In this document: positions 63,043 through 64,000 of the stretch, piece after piece
Position numbering within the stretch: the stretch's first letter is position 1
Layout: every line of letters begins with the position of its first letter
Assembly (NCBI GenBank): GCA_015680685.1
Contig: MNCI01002682.1
Coordinates: forward strand, 441,682-505,681
Source: Gnetum montanum
Taxonomy: Eukaryota > Plantae > Gnetophyta
Length of the DNA: 64,000 nucleotides
Direction of reading: 5' to 3'
Made by a program: the position numbers and the translations under genes
Notes under the pieces: model-generated
The model's input: the letters and a program-made list of their open reading frames with translations, nothing else
Databases searched by the model: none
Told to the model about the DNA's origin: nothing

Positions 63043-63130
63043 CTTCAAGGGCAACAATCTTCCCTTGCTGAAAGCTTATTTGATCTATCAGCATTCGCAT
63101 TTGACTGGTGCAATGATCTTCGGCTTCTAT
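63043..63130 (-). CDS. GNTI/CGL1: GnTI exon (stem region) IEAEDHCTSQMRMLIDQISFQQGKIVALE
   Basis: ttcag / G|gtaagt boundaries, 88 nt; matches IESENHCTSQMRGLIDEVS..IVALE. Confidence 0.93.
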
Positions 63131-63364
63131 CTGAAGATATGAAGTTTTAATTAATTTATATGTAGAATGTATTTAATGAGGTTTTTTGAAACTGTAAAAG
63201 ATAAATGATAGGACAAGAGTGTTGCCTTACATTATGAAACTATCATAAAATTCATATGCAATCAAAAATGAGTAATGTCAATTACAATAGAAATTTAGCA
63301 TATTGCTGAAAAATACAAATGTATCTTTAAAAACATTCTGCAACTTTAATCAAAACAGAAAAGT

Positions 63365-64000
63365 CGATGATTCGAGCAATCCTTGGACCAACGCCAAGAT
63401 GAGCGCACCCAACGCCACCACCACCACCACCGCAGCCAACGCAGCCAACGCCACCACCGCAGCCAACGACACCACCGCAGCCACCGGCGCCACAGGAACA
63501 CCAAACGCAACAAGCGTGGCCACAGCAGCCGCAACAGCCACTACCGCAACAACCATCACGGGAACGACAGTCCCTGCAACAATAGCCATAGGTGCCGGCA
63601 CGGATGACGCCGGCACGGATAACGCCGGCACGGGCCCCTCCGCTGGGGACACACCCATGGGTTGGGGACTAGCGCCATTGTGGCCCACTCCCGCAACGAC
63701 CACACCTTGCGACTGCAGGTCAACCACCCCCCGGCTGAGGGCGTCCAAACAATGGAGAGGAGCCTCATCGGCCATTTCATCTCCCGAGGATCCCGCCCGT
63801 GCCTGGACCTTATTCGCCAGTGGGTGAGGGAGCGATGGCGGGTTGGAGATGTCGATGTTCAGAGCCTGTCCAAGGACCTGCTCCTCTTCGTCCTTCCCTC
63901 CCTACAGGCTTGGGATTCTGTGCTACTTGGTGGCCCATGGTTCTACGGGGCTCGGGGACTCGCCTTAACCCCATGGCACCCTGGGGCTCACCGCGAGACA
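63365..64000 (+). mobile_element. 5' end of a GC-rich, apparently young L1 LINE (ORF1 with Ala/Thr-rich N-terminus and DUF4283-like domain), running off the window
   Basis: SLIGHF...IRQWVRERW...VLLGGPWFYGARGLALTPWHPGAHR matches copy 2 ORF1 (VLLRGLWFFSARGLALMPWKPGAHR); CpGs retained. Confidence 0.88.

Larger units (their letters stand above)
16560..63130 (-). other. GNTI/CGL1: Span of host gene GnTI (N-acetylglucosaminyltransferase I, GT13); 16 coding exons in window, N-terminal TM exons beyond 64000
   Basis: Spliced exons total 1212 nt (404 codons incl. stop) with consistent phases. The protein is colinear with Arabidopsis GnTI as recalled (MACNR.DYLE, ILEDDME, SSWNDNG, RSDFFPGLGWML, YWDDWLRLKE, FIRPE.CRTYNFGEHGSSLGQFF, GIFEEWKDG.PRT.YKGVVVFR). 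Confidence 0.97.

Noticed and set aside
63303-63827. Mucin/AGP-like Thr/Ala-rich host protein, and the antisense hydrophobic ORFs
   Set aside because: The low-complexity tract leads directly into L1 ORF1 DUF4283-like sequence; the overlapping ORFs are by-products of GC-rich repeats.

Overview
AT-rich land-plant nuclear DNA. One host gene is present: GnTI/CGL1 (alpha-1,3-mannosyl-glycoprotein beta-1,2-N-acetylglucosaminyltransferase I) on the minus strand. It has 16 phase-consistent coding exons between 63130 and 16560 (403 aa plus stop), and its first ~40 aa lie beyond the window end. The gene contains a U12 AT-AC intron and two huge TE-filled introns (13.8 kb and 23.4 kb). The TE content is degenerate: Athila-like Ty3/Gypsy elements with an extra 3' ORF, a Ty1/Copia element, several L1-clade LINEs, RTE fragments, an Au-like SINE, a non-autonomous hAT element, a 200-350 bp tandem repeat and a tiny organellar rRNA fragment. 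The main observation is an L1 LINE family whose ORF2 does not end after zf-RVT. It continues into an LTR-accessory-like ('putative plant transposon protein') domain, a coiled coil and a DnaJ/Hsp40 J-domain (HPD) ending in a conserved CxCxxLP motif. Parts of this extension occur in five diverged copies in the window, and two copies share an apparent -1 frame change at the same T-TTT-TTG heptamer. All translations and alignments were done by eye; no database searches were run.
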